Part shown: positions 19,776 to 30,558 of the stretch, piece by piece
How the letters are laid out: each line of letters opens with the position of its first letter
Position numbering within the stretch: position 1 is the first letter of the stretch
Assembly: GCA_963740315.1 (NCBI GenBank)
Contig: CAVUDP010000002.1
Coordinates: 1,248,001-1,312,000, forward strand
DNA: 64,000 nt
Source: an uncultured cyanobacterium
GTDB taxonomy: Bacteria; Cyanobacteriota; Cyanobacteriia; Cyanobacteriales; Nostocaceae
Reading direction: 5' to 3'
Program-made: the position numbers and the translations under genes
The notes under the pieces: model-generated
What the model was told of the DNA's origin: nothing
The model's database searches: none
What the model saw: the letters and a program-made list of their open reading frames with translations, nothing else

Positions 19776-21341
19776 TCACTCCTCCATTTCCATATCAATA
19801 TCATCCATCTCCAAATCTTCATCCGTCAAAGTTTGCTGCGGTATTGCTGCAATAATCGCGTCTATCACTTTGGAAACCTGGATAATTTCTATATCTAATT
19901 CGGGAAATTTCTGTCCTTTAGGAACGATCGCTCTTTGAAATCCCAGTTTTGCTGCTTCTTTTAACCGTAATTCCATTTGCGATACCGATCGCACTTGTCC
20001 CCCTAAACCGACTTCACCAATTAATACGGTACCGGAGTCTACAATTCGATCTCGGAAACTGGCAACGATGGCGATCGCAACTCCTAAATCGACTGCTGGC
20101 TCTTCTACGCTTAACCCTCCAGCGGAAGCGACGTAAGAATCCAGTTTGGACATGGGGATTCCGACTCGTTTTTCCAACACTGCTAAAATTTGGACCAAAC
20201 GACTATAATCTACTCCGGTACAGGCTCGACGCGGAGAAGTGTAACTTGTCGGACTTACCAAAGCTTGTAATTCCACAACAATGGGACGAGTACCTTCGCA
20301 AGCTACTACAATCGCAGTACCCGGTGCTGGATCGTCGCGACTACCTAAAAATAATTCGCTGGGGTTGGGGACTTCTCGCAAACCGTTCGCAACCATTTCA
20401 AAGATACCAATTTCATGGGTAGCACCAAAACGGTTTTTTACAGTTCTCAATAATCTGTGAGAAGCAAACCTGTCTCCTTCAAAATAGAGTACGGTGTCAA
20501 CCAAGTGTTCCAGAACTTTGGGACCTGCGATCGCGCCTTCTTTGGTAACGTGTCCTACTATTAACATGGTGATGTCTTCATGCTTTGCCACTTTCATCAA
20601 AGCCGCAGTACATTCGCGCACCTGTGCTACCGAACCTGGTGCAGAAGTTAAGGCTGGGAAAAATACCGTTTGAATACTATCAATTACTGCTAAATTTGGT
20701 CTGAGAGATTCAATTTCTTTTAAAATTTCTTCTAAGTCTGTTTCGGGTAAGATATATAAATCGCTATCAGGCTTGGCAGTTTTACCATTTTTTTCAGTTT
20801 CTTCAGTCTTTTGAGTCTCTAAGATTTCTACCGTAACTTTGCCATTACTATTTGCTTCTTGACTCAGTTCCTGAGCAACACCCAAACGCGAACCCCTTAA
20901 CTTAACTTGTTGTGCAGATTCTTCTCCAGAGATATAAAGAACGCGATAGTTTTGAGACAATGCATTTGATACTTGCAATAGCAAAGTAGATTTACCGATA
21001 CCTGGGTCGCCACCAATTAACACCATAGAACCCGGAACCACCCCACCACCCAAAACCCGATCTAATTCTCCATAACCAGAACTCCAACGTTCAACTTGGC
21101 GATCGCTAATTTGGTCAAGTTTTAAAGATGCTCGCGGCTTGGCTGGTTTATTGGAAGTTTTCTTCTTGCTCATCTGAGCGTGCCAAGCACCCACACCCCG
21201 AGAAGGTATATCCGTCGAGGATTGTACGGCAATTTCCTCTTGTAAAGAGTTGTAGGTTTCGCAAGCTGGACACTTACCTAACCATTGAGGGGTTTCCGCA
21301 CCACACTCAGAACAAACGTAATAGGTTTTTGGCTTTGCCAT
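19776..21341 (-). CDS. radA: DNA repair protein RadA/Sms
   Basis: CSECG..CPAC Zn finger, GDPGIGKST, KNRFG, Lon-like C-terminus. Confidence 0.97.
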   Translation of the reverse strand: MAKPKTYYVCSECGAETPQWLGKCPACETYNSLQEEIAVQSSTDIPSRGVGAWHAQMSKKKTSNKPAKPRASLKLDQISDRQVERWSSGYGELDRVLGGGVVPGSMVLIGGDPGIGKSTLLLQVSNALSQNYRVLYISGEESAQQVKLRGSRLGVAQELSQEANSNGKVTVEILETQKTEETEKNGKTAKPDSDLYILPETDLEEILKEIESLRPNLAVIDSIQTVFFPALTSAPGSVAQVRECTAALMKVAKHEDITMLIVGHVTKEGAIAGPKVLEHLVDTVLYFEGDRFASHRLLRTVKNRFGATHEIGIFEMVANGLREVPNPSELFLGSRDDPAPGTAIVVACEGTRPIVVELQALVSPTSYTSPRRACTGVDYSRLVQILAVLEKRVGIPMSKLDSYVASAGGLSVEEPAVDLGVAIAIVASFRDRIVDSGTVLIGEVGLGGQVRSVSQMELRLKEAAKLGFQRAIVPKGQKFPELDIEIIQVSKVIDAIIAAIPQQTLTDEDLEMDDIDMEMEE

Positions 21342-21512
21342 TCTTAATCTTATTAAATAAACTTAAATAATCTTAATTTTCTTTTAAGTTCTTGAACGAA
21401 GCAAAATCTAATAATAGTAATAAGTTCAAGGTTTTTACGAATGAATAATTGGAATGATATCTTAATAATATGGTACTAAAAATTAATCTAGAAAAACTTT
21501 AGTTAAGGAGCG

Positions 21513-22247
21513 TTGAGATTGGAGAATCATAAAGAGAAAATCCTGGTGGTAGACGACGAAGCCAGCATTCGCCGGATTTTAGAAACGCGCCTTTCAATGA
21601 TTGGCTACGATGTGGTCACGGCTGGCGATGGGGAAGAAGCTTTAGATACCTTTCGTAAAGCAATTCCTGACTTAGTAGTTCTAGATGTAATGATGCCCAA
21701 GCTAGATGGCTATGGTGTCTGTCAAGAATTACGTAAGGAATCCGATGTCCCTATAATTATGCTAACAGCTTTGGGAGATGTCGCAGACAGAATTACCGGC
21801 TTAGAACTCGGTGCTGATGACTATGTAGTAAAACCATTTTCCCCCAAAGAACTAGAAGCTCGGATTCGTTCGGTATTGCGACGAGTAGACAAAACTGGTG
21901 GTTCTGGGATTCCCAGTTCTGGGGTAATACACGTCAGTACGATCAAAATTGACACAAATAAGCGCCAAGTCTATAAAGGTGACGAACGCATTCGATTAAC
22001 GGGAATGGAGTTCAATTTACTAGAACTCTTAGTAAGCCGTTCCGGAGAAGCTTTTTCTCGGTCGGAAATTTTACAAGAGGTTTGGGGATATACACCAGAA
22101 CGTCATGTCGATACCCGCGTAGTAGATGTACATATTTCCCGTCTGCGAGCCAAACTAGAAGACGATCCCTCAAATCCAGAATTGATTCTTACCGCCAGAG
22201 GTACGGGATACTTATTTCAGCGCATAATCGAACCGGGGGAGGAATAA
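21513..22247 (+). CDS. rpaB: OmpR-family response regulator RpaB (start may be TTG 21519)
   Basis: KEKILVVDDEASIRRILETRLSMIGY..ELILTARGTGYLFQR; divergent from radA. Confidence 0.93.
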   Translation: MRLENHKEKILVVDDEASIRRILETRLSMIGYDVVTAGDGEEALDTFRKAIPDLVVLDVMMPKLDGYGVCQELRKESDVPIIMLTALGDVADRITGLELGADDYVVKPFSPKELEARIRSVLRRVDKTGGSGIPSSGVIHVSTIKIDTNKRQVYKGDERIRLTGMEFNLLELLVSRSGEAFSRSEILQEVWGYTPERHVDTRVVDVHISRLRAKLEDDPSNPELILTARGTGYLFQRIIEPGEE

Positions 22248-22507
22248 GAATACTAAATAGTTAAGAGTGAGGAGTGAATGACAACAGTTAGGAGTTAAGA
22301 GTAAGGAGTAAAGAGTTAGATGTAATGCGGTACTTTTTGTGAAATTGATAGTGACGGTAAACAATTTCGCAAAAAATGCAGCATAGAAGCAAGCTCCGCA
22401 TCGATTTTAGACTTGAGATTAAACGAGCCTTAAAGTTTAACTAAGAGAACAATCCAAAATCCAAAATCTAAAATTTAATTGGCTCATAACTCATAACTAA
22501 ATTCTTC

Positions 22508-23143
22508 ATGGCTAATCCAGATCCCAACCGCTTTTTAAGGCGTTTACCTATCGTTGTGGGTGGGCTAGGCGCTGTACTTTTGTTAATTAACCGCTTGCAG
22601 TCACCCGAATTAACAGAATCTCAAGCTCGTGCCGATGTACTTGGTGTAATTTTAAGCGCCGTTTTAATATTAACGGGTTTAATTTGGCAGCAGGTACAGC
22701 CCAGAACTCCCGATACCGTACAACTTATAGGCGAAGAAGGTTTTTTTCTCGCGCCAGATTTATCAGATGCCGTAAAAACAGAATTAGCTTGGGCATCTCA
22801 TTTATTGCTAACTAATACGGTAACTCGCTGCGTAGTAGTTTACTATCAAGGCAAAGTTTTATTGCGTCGCGGGATTTTAGGAGAAAAATCGGACGTTACA
22901 CCAGGAGCAATATTAAAAAGAGTTTTATCCAAGCATCAGCCAGTTTATTTAGTAGATTTAAAAGTGTATCCCGGAAGAGTTGAATTTGATTATTTGCCAA
23001 GTAATACTCAAGGTGTAATTTGTCAACCAATTGGTAAAGAAGGAGCTTTAATTTTAGGAGCGCACGCTCCACGCAGCTATACCAAACAAGACGAAAAATG
23101 GATTGCAGGAATTGCCGATAAATTAGCTGTTACTTTAAATTAG
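22508..23143 (+). CDS. Cofactor assembly of complex C (CCB2/CCB4-like) protein
   Basis: LLLINR..SQARADVLG, ELAWASHLLLTNT, YPGRVEFDYLP..QP. Confidence 0.75.
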   Translation: MANPDPNRFLRRLPIVVGGLGAVLLLINRLQSPELTESQARADVLGVILSAVLILTGLIWQQVQPRTPDTVQLIGEEGFFLAPDLSDAVKTELAWASHLLLTNTVTRCVVVYYQGKVLLRRGILGEKSDVTPGAILKRVLSKHQPVYLVDLKVYPGRVEFDYLPSNTQGVICQPIGKEGALILGAHAPRSYTKQDEKWIAGIADKLAVTLN

Positions 23144-23146
23144 TGA

Positions 23147-23420
23147 ATTGGGAATTGGGGATGGGGCTACCTCCCACCTACGGTGAATGGGGATGGGGCA
23201 TTGGGATACGCCCGCACGCTCCGCGTGAATGGGCATGGGGCATCGGGCATGGGTAATTGGTAATTGGTAATAAATAGTTAGAACCACCGGAGTTAAGAAT
23301 TAAAAATATTTTCTTCCCCCTCTTCCCCCCATCTCCCCAAAGGTTACTGAGCTTGTCGAAGTACTCCCCATCTCCCCATCTCCCCATCTCCCCATCTCCC
23401 CATCCCCCTCTACCCCCTCT
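23147..23420. repeat. STRR / GGGGAGATG tracts with short GC-rich inserts
   Basis: TGGGCAT, TAATTGG, CCCCATCTC tracts interrupted by ~20-nt inserts. Confidence 0.75.
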
Positions 23421-23453
23421 CTTTCATAATTAATAACTAAGAAATTAAAAAAT

Positions 23454-23975
23454 ATGCAACTTATCTACGGCTTAATAATTGCCTTAATGCTCGCGGGTGT
23501 AATTGGTGCTGTTGTTCCTGGGGTTCCGGGAACGAGTTTGATTTTAATTGGAATTATTATTTGGGGATTTGTTAAAGGTTCTTTCGCTGCAATTAGCGTA
23601 CCTTTGATTGTTACCGGAGTCGTTTTGCTGCTGAGTATGGGAATTGATTTTTTCGCTGCATACTGGGGAGCAAAAAAAGCCGGTGCAAGTAAATGGGGAC
23701 AAATTGGAGCAATGGTTGGTTTAGGAGTAGCATTCTTCGGATTGTTACCACCTTTTTTAGTTGTTGGTGGTCCTTTAATTGGTATTTTAGTTGCACCACT
23801 TTTGGGAGCAATTATTGGTGAATTAATTTATCGAAAAGATTTAGTAGTAGCAATTAAAGCCGGTTTGGGAATTGTTGTAGGTAGTTTAATTGGCAATATT
23901 ATCCAGGGTTGTTTGGCTCTAGCAGCAGTTATAGTTTTTGTTTTTACAACTTGGTCGCAGGTGTTTGGAAGTTAA
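23454..23975 (+). CDS. DUF456-like membrane protein
   Basis: GAVVPGVPG, GAKKAGASKWG, PLLGAIIGE. Confidence 0.75.
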   Translation: MQLIYGLIIALMLAGVIGAVVPGVPGTSLILIGIIIWGFVKGSFAAISVPLIVTGVVLLLSMGIDFFAAYWGAKKAGASKWGQIGAMVGLGVAFFGLLPPFLVVGGPLIGILVAPLLGAIIGELIYRKDLVVAIKAGLGIVVGSLIGNIIQGCLALAAVIVFVFTTWSQVFGS

Positions 23976-24082
23976 GTTTTGCAGTCAATTGTAAATCAGG
24001 TAGTTACCAGCTTGTAAGAATATCAAAATCTAAAATACAGCAATTGTAGTGCAATAAAAATACGGCTATCATAAAAAAAAAA

Positions 24083-24113
24083 TTGGAGTATAGATGATTC
24101 TATACTCCAAAAA
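24083..24113. terminator. Probable bidirectional intrinsic terminator
   Basis: TTGGAGTATAGA..TCTATACTCCAA hairpin flanked by A runs between convergent genes. Confidence 0.55.
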
Positions 24114-24300
24114 AATGTCACATCAAGTTAAAAATTCTATACAAACATGAGACGAAAGCTCCTTAGAACAATTGTTTTATTGTTTTTTCATTGAGAATGG
24201 ATATACCCGCGAAGGAGTATATCCGAAACATTTTAGTTAGATAGTCGATTAAAAAGAAGCTTTAAAAAAGAATTTACCGTGTTTTGATTATCAAAAAAAC

Positions 24301-25053
24301 CTAATTTGCAAACTTTTTACGCTTCTTGACACCGAACATACCAACCATTGCTAAAGCACCAAGGCTCAAGGTTGTTGTAGGTTCGGGTACGGATTGAACA
24401 ACCTCTACTCCGGAAATGGTTACACCATCACCCGATCCTTTTCCGTCATCCTTACCAAGCTGTAACACCAAAGACTTTACATTCTTCAACGTTTTTGATT
24501 GGACATTACCGTCTGCCCCTGCTAACAAGAAATCATTTACAGTCTGTCCGTTAACTTCGAGAATTCCGCTAAAGTTTGATGTTTCTGAATCAAAGAAGTC
24601 AAGGGTAATTTCGTCAAGCATTTTGTCAAATTCAAACAAGAACCGACCTACTTCTAATTCACCTTTTTGAGATGCTTTACCATTATCTTGGATAGCCGCA
24701 GCACGTAGCCAAAATTGTCCTTCGGCTTCATTTGTTCCACCATCATTAGCTTGGAATCTAACAGCACCAATACCAGTACCGTAAGTGTCTGCGGTTCCTT
24801 TACTATCTACAAATAATCTGCTAAATCCGTAATTCACCCTTTGAGAATTATCAAAGTCAAACTGTTGACTTGTTACCTTGAAACCTAAACCACTGGTATT
24901 AATAGCTTTACTTGGATCGAGAACTTGGAGGTTTGTCAATTGAATTTCACCTTCTCGTTGAGGTATCAAGCTAGCAGCATTAGCAGCAGGTGCAGCAGCA
25001 GCAAATCCTAAACCTAGACCGAAAATTGCAGCAATAACGTTAAACTTACGCAT
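24301..25053 (-). CDS. LEVG-family PEP-CTERM protein
   Basis: Signal peptide, LIPQREGEI, ELEVGRF, VPEP + TM + KKRKK. Confidence 0.85.
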   Translation of the reverse strand: MRKFNVIAAIFGLGLGFAAAAPAANAASLIPQREGEIQLTNLQVLDPSKAINTSGLGFKVTSQQFDFDNSQRVNYGFSRLFVDSKGTADTYGTGIGAVRFQANDGGTNEAEGQFWLRAAAIQDNGKASQKGELEVGRFLFEFDKMLDEITLDFFDSETSNFSGILEVNGQTVNDFLLAGADGNVQSKTLKNVKSLVLQLGKDDGKGSGDGVTISGVEVVQSVPEPTTTLSLGALAMVGMFGVKKRKKFAN

Positions 25054-25550
25054 GATTTCCCTTTTTTCTTTATTTAAGTGAGGCAGTAACTAATTTGTTT
25101 TGTTCGCCTCTGATTACTTACTAACTTAATAGACCAACTGGCAAAAACGTAAGCCCTAGCTAATAGAATTAATCCAAACTTTACTTTGAGATAAAAACAG
25201 ACTATTCTTCCGAAAAATTACCTTGTTAGGCGTGTAATTAATTATCAAAATGCAAATTTCAACTGCTATCTATACCGAATAATTACTGATTTTTATGCTT
25301 TTTAAACCCTTACCTTCAAGGCAACAAAGATTTTTTCGGTAATAACTAGGAAATTTATCTGGTAATTTCAATATTTGAAAGGCAAAAAAAAATTGAGTAG
25401 TAAGATAATTTAACTAATACAGTTAGATTACCTATCTACTCAATGAAGATTTAAAAAGAAGGGATTTTCTATAAGTCTAGATACGGTTGTTACAACATAT
25501 TTATACCAAATAGGATTTCACATATTTTAGTCGTGAGCGACCTAATAGAA

Positions 25551-26348
25551 TTAAGCTTTTTGTGAAGCTCTCTTGCGGCGCTTGAGGGTAAGTACTCCAG
25601 CTACTGCTAGAACGCTCAAGCCAACGGTTGTTTCTGACTCAGGTACGCTAACTTGTAATAAAACACCATCACCAGTACCTTTAAAAACGCTGTCGGGACC
25701 GGGCTTACCGAACTGGACTACTAAGTCTTCCACACCCTTCAATACTAGAGTTTGGATGTTGCCGTCAGGTCCTGCTGGAATTAGCATATCGAGCAAAGCT
25801 TGTCCTCTAAGCTCTTGTCCATTCAATTCAACAACCCCAGTGAAGTTTGCATCTTCTGTATCAAAGAAGCTTAGTCTTACTTCATTCGCAGTTTTGCCTA
25901 GAAAATCAAACTTGAAGCGACCAACTTCTAAACGTCCATCTTTAAAGGGTTTCTTTGCACCTTCTTCGTAGGCTACAGGACGGAACCAAGTCTGTCCAAT
26001 TACTGGATTCGTTCCTTCATCATTTCCTTTGAACGTGATTCCAAACTTTTGTAAGTTAGAGTTAGTAGTTTTTCTGTCGTCAGCGAATAAGCGGCTTTTT
26101 CCAAATTGTGGACCTTTGCCATCGAAGTCGTATTCTAAGCTCTCAACCGAGTAAGTGAATGGAACTTTGCTGCTATCAGTCGTATCAATACAGAAGTTTG
26201 GATCTAAACAACCAAGGCCAGCTTTGATTTCACCTTCTGTTTGAGGAACCAACGAAGCTGCTTGTGCTTCCGAGATAGATCCAGTAACAATACCTAAACC
26301 GATAGTGGAAACAGCGAGGGTTTTTACTAACTTTTTGAAGTTTCTCAT
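25551..26348 (-). CDS. LEVG-family PEP-CTERM protein (VPES variant)
   Basis: LVPQTEGEI, RLEVGRF, VPES + TM + KRRKR; paralogous to 24301-25053. Confidence 0.82.
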   Translation of the reverse strand: MRNFKKLVKTLAVSTIGLGIVTGSISEAQAASLVPQTEGEIKAGLGCLDPNFCIDTTDSSKVPFTYSVESLEYDFDGKGPQFGKSRLFADDRKTTNSNLQKFGITFKGNDEGTNPVIGQTWFRPVAYEEGAKKPFKDGRLEVGRFKFDFLGKTANEVRLSFFDTEDANFTGVVELNGQELRGQALLDMLIPAGPDGNIQTLVLKGVEDLVVQFGKPGPDSVFKGTGDGVLLQVSVPESETTVGLSVLAVAGVLTLKRRKRASQKA

Positions 26349-27190
26349 TTTAATTTCTCCAGAAAATACTGATTTTTTTTAAGTTTGTCTTGGATACTTT
26401 GTTTGTGTGTTTTTTCGTATCCATGTCTGTATAGTATTTCGGTGTAAGTGAATATGTCATCTCTGACGCGCAGTATTTATCGGAACTTAATCTTGGCAAT
26501 AACTTATGGAAAATTACTTAGATAAATTTAAATGAAAAATACATTGATTTGCGTAGTCAATGCGATCGCAATAGCTATTTAACAGTCAATTATTCTTATA
26601 CTTTGTGAAAATTTATAGATATTTTGAGCAAAAGCTTGTAAAAAGTCAAAGATTGAGAAAATTCTCGTAGTTTTATAAGTCTAACTTCTACAAATAAGGT
26701 GATGGGTTATGGGCGGTTTTAAGCGTAAAAAACCGGATTATCTCGGATAAATTTGCAAGTTCGTTTTTCCTTAACTCCGTCAAAGTTGCTGCTCAATGCT
26801 TATTTCTATGATTCTTAGACTTCTGAATGCAGCAACCAGCACTTAGACTGAGAAGGAAACCACATTACAATTACTTACACCAAATCTAAAGTAGAACTTT
26901 GGGTAGCTACAGCTTGTTGATAGATTAGTTTCAACTTAACCATACCCATCCGTATAAACTTCCAAGATTTGCCCAAACCCTCTGCTACCCAAAGTGGTTA
27001 ACTACTGGCTACTATTGTTTTATTGTTTAAATTTTGCAAAATCCTCAGTTGAAAGCAGCATAGCCCGCTTCATATTTAAAACAAATAAATAGCCCCTACC
27101 CAAGCGTTTGGAAGGGGTTTGACGATGGGAGATAGGTAATTTGCGATCGAAGCAACTTGATAGAGCGAGTAAGCGGGGAAAGTTTTGAAT

Positions 27191-27316
27191 TAAGTAAGTC
27201 GGTATTAAAAATCGTAATTATGACTAGGGAGTAGGGAGTAGGCAGTAGTGGCAAGCTTTTGAAGAAAATTTACCCAACCGTTACCGCCGTTGAGTTTGTT
27301 TGTGCCGACTTACTTA
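27191..27316. mobile_element. MITE-like element, TIR family related to 7185-7314
   Basis: Termini TAAGTAAGTCGG / CCGACTTACTTA. Confidence 0.55.
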
Positions 27317-27372
27317 GTTGAATATCCCATAACCGTTTTCTATACCCCATGCCCCATGCCCAATGCCCCAAA

Positions 27373-28131
27373 CTAAAACCAACCTTCTTGTTCGAGAGTT
27401 TCGATTAATTGAAGTCCACGTGGATCTCCCACTCCTAAAAGTGCGGCTTTAGTATCTTCACGCACTCCTAAATCTCGATCCTCGGCGAAAGCTTGAATCA
27501 AAGCATCAATAGCAGTAGCGTAAACAATATTATTCGGTAGCTCGCGGCATAATTGTCCAATTGTCCAAGCGCAATTACTGCGTACTGCTGGCATCGAGTC
27601 TTTTACCAACCCTTCAATCAAAGGTGGAATCGCACGTACAACGGCTTCATAACCGACTTCTGCCATCTGTGCCAGAGAGCTAGCAGCCCACAATCGCACG
27701 GCGGAAATATCAGTTCTTAAGGCATCAGCTAAAGGTGCCAAGCAACGTATATCTCGGCAATTACCTAATGCCCAAACAACACCTTTTCGCACGTAGCCAT
27801 TCCAATCTCGATTATATTGGTCAATCAACGGTTCAACCGCATCCTGGCTGGGATTGCGTCCGATACCGTATGCTGCACTCACTCGCACCAGAAGACAAGT
27901 ATCTGTTAACAACTTAATTAAATGAGGAGTAGCACGAGCATCTTCAATATCGCAAAAAGCACGTGCCGCCAGCATTCTCTGCTGTGGCTGGGGATTTTCA
28001 AGCAGCGCTAACATCGCCTCTGGATTCGGTTTTGACTCGGATGATTCCGCACTCAACGGCTCCATCTTATCTAGAGGGCTTTCTAGTTCCGCTTCGACAT
28101 CAAGTAGGTAATGGTCATCTGCATCATACAT
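27373..28131 (-). CDS. HEAT-repeat (PBS lyase-like) protein
   Basis: Repeated VRxxAxxALG-type units. Confidence 0.85.
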   Translation of the reverse strand: MYDADDHYLLDVEAELESPLDKMEPLSAESSESKPNPEAMLALLENPQPQQRMLAARAFCDIEDARATPHLIKLLTDTCLLVRVSAAYGIGRNPSQDAVEPLIDQYNRDWNGYVRKGVVWALGNCRDIRCLAPLADALRTDISAVRLWAASSLAQMAEVGYEAVVRAIPPLIEGLVKDSMPAVRSNCAWTIGQLCRELPNNIVYATAIDALIQAFAEDRDLGVREDTKAALLGVGDPRGLQLIETLEQEGWF

Positions 28132-28169
28132 AAATTTAAAATTACCATTACCCAGTATTTTTGGGAAGA

Positions 28170-28510
28170 GGATGGGGGGATGGGGAGATGGGGAGATGGG
28201 GAGATGGGGAGTACTTCGACAAGCTCAGTAACCTTTGGGGAGATGGGGAGATGGGGAGATGGGGAGATGGGGAGATGGGGAGATGGGGGGAGAAGGGGAC
28301 AAGGGGACAAGGGGACAAGGAAAAATATTCCTAACTCAATACTCAATACTCAATACTCACTACTCACTACTCAATACTCAATACTCAATACTCACTACTC
28401 ACTACTCACTACTCACTACTCACTACTCACTACTCACTACTCACTACTCACTACTCACTACTCACTACTCACTACTCACTACTCCTAACTGTTCACTGTT
28501 CACTGTTCAC
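28170..28510. repeat. GGGGAGATG nonamer tract and long TACTCAA/TACTCAC heptamer STRR array
   Basis: About 20 tandem heptamers visible. Confidence 0.9.
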
Positions 28511-28971
28511 TGTAATGGTTTAACCATCCACAATGATTGGGTTTGATAGCCAAGTTGGTTGTAAAGGTTTAGTGCTGGGGTGTTTGTTTGAAAAACTTGG
28601 AGCGCGATTTGAATGTCGCCTCTTTCTTTTGCCCAATTTTCGGCGTACTGCATTAAGGCTGTACCGATTCCTTTGCGGCGATGTTCTGGAATTACGTAGA
28701 GAAGAAATATGTGTGCGTGTCGCAATCCGCTAATTTGATCGATCGCGTTTCCCATCCACAAGCAAGCTATTTGTTTTTTTTCTGCTGAATGTTCTACCCA
28801 CCATAAGGGGGTGTCTCTAGAAAGGTATTGCTCGACTGTTTGCGATAAATGTGAAAAATCTTGTTGCGGAAACATATCTTGGTAGGTGCGCTGCATGAAC
28901 TTTACCAGCAGCGCTCTATCCAAAGTGGAGCCGGAACGAATTGTATAATCCGGTAGTAGTTTTTCTGCCAC
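28507..28971 (-). CDS. GNAT acetyltransferase
   Basis: LYVIPEHRRKGIGTALM, N..ALNLYNQLGY. Confidence 0.88.
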   Translation of the reverse strand: MAEKLLPDYTIRSGSTLDRALLVKFMQRTYQDMFPQQDFSHLSQTVEQYLSRDTPLWWVEHSAEKKQIACLWMGNAIDQISGLRHAHIFLLYVIPEHRRKGIGTALMQYAENWAKERGDIQIALQVFQTNTPALNLYNQLGYQTQSLWMVKPLQ

Positions 28972-28990
28972 TAATAACGTATTTGCTTAC

Positions 28991-29209
28991 TTATATTTTT
29001 ACGTTACTGCTGTCTTCTAAGGAAGGAAATGAAATTAAAGATACAAATTCTGCTGCACCATTATCCCATCTGCTTATGCCTGGATCTTCTATGGGTGCGG
29101 GGGCTGCCATATCTGAAGGTAAAAAGATACGAGCGCTAACTGCTACTAACGCTAAGGTGAAAATTAGTACCGCAATTAGGGGAGCTATGTATTGACGTAT
29201 TATTGCCAT
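28991..29209 (-). CDS. Small membrane protein
   Basis: One TM segment followed by RIFLPSDMAAPAP; co-oriented with the GNAT gene. Confidence 0.55.
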   Translation of the reverse strand: MAIIRQYIAPLIAVLIFTLALVAVSARIFLPSDMAAPAPIEDPGISRWDNGAAEFVSLISFPSLEDSSNVKI

Positions 29210-29328
29210 ATATAGATGTTTTAGTAATGGATAATGTGAGGGAATTATTATTTAGTTTAACTAACTTATCTTAACTTTCTTCTTTGACAAATCCCTCAAT
29301 TTATCCAAAATATGAAATCCGGGGTACG

Positions 29329-29730
29329 TCACCGCCCTCTGTCGCGTTCCAAATCAGCTATCGCTCTTTGCCAATACCAATTTTCTGACATACCGGGATG
29401 ATTTTGCTTTAATTGTTCAATTAAACGGTTTGCAGTTGCTGTATCGCCAACTAAAGCAAAGAGTCGATTCTGCAAATGTGCATCGGCTGTGGGTTCTGGT
29501 TCTGGGTATGCTGGTTGTGTGGAATACGATCGCGACTGACGCTTTTTAAATTCCCAAAATAGAACAAAATATAATGTGCCAAAAATAATTATTAAGCTGA
29601 GGGTTCCTAAGAAAGTTACCAAATTCAGCATTAAGAAACCCAAAATTAATTGGGAAAGAACATAGCCAAGTATAACCCCTATCGTCATTAGAATGACTAT
29701 CGATACAATCGCAACGAATTCTTGCCCCAT
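29329..29730 (-). CDS. Hypothetical membrane protein
   Basis: Two TM segments; C-terminal GDTATANRLI..PGMSENWYWQRAIADLERDR. Confidence 0.65.
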   Translation of the reverse strand: MGQEFVAIVSIVILMTIGVILGYVLSQLILGFLMLNLVTFLGTLSLIIIFGTLYFVLFWEFKKRQSRSYSTQPAYPEPEPTADAHLQNRLFALVGDTATANRLIEQLKQNHPGMSENWYWQRAIADLERDRGR

Positions 29731-30558
29731 AAATCTATTTCCTTCTACAACATTTTTTTCATGTCTTGGTTTAAGAAATAGGAATTCTTGCTTCCATTGG
29801 GCAAAGACTGGCTATATGAATATAGTTTAGAAAAAGTAGTGGTCGTAAGGCGATCTTACAATCTACGCCTTAACTTATAACGCGATCGCTAATTGGAATT
29901 CTGTTTGAGTAGTAATTCCTCAAGCCAAGTATGCTATCTTACTCACCACTTTCAGTGCATCAAAAACTAAAATCAAATATTTGATACTAATTATATACAT
30001 CACTAATTCTCCAGCCAGCGTGCCGACAATGGTCGCAAGTAACCCCACAGTCCTCCTAATGTACAATCTCGGTTTTAGTAAACGCGGTTTGTACTAATAA
30101 GAGTGTAGATATATTTGTTACCAAAGCATCGCCTAGTTTGTAAAGGACTATTAATACCCATTAAAATCTTTTTTACAATTAGTCGATGCTTGCACCCTGG
30201 CTTTAGATAAAAATTTTATTAGATTAAAACATGAACGATATCTTGACACAGTTGTATTTTACTGATGTGCCAATACGCCGAATCGGAGGATGGGGGAGAT
30301 GCGGAGATGGGGGGATGGGGGGATAGGGAGACAAGGGGACAAGGGGACAAGGGGACAAGGAGTTTAATGTAGTGCGTTAACGCAGTGTGTCCGTCAGGAC
30401 ATGCATCTCGCGATCTTGAGACATACAGCGAGCTTTCCGGCTCGCACTACGTAATATAAATTAGATATTTGTTAATTTGGAAATCCCTTAACTCCTAATT
30501 CCTAATTCCTAACTCCTAACTCATAACTCCTAACTCTCAACGCCCCATGCCCAATGCC

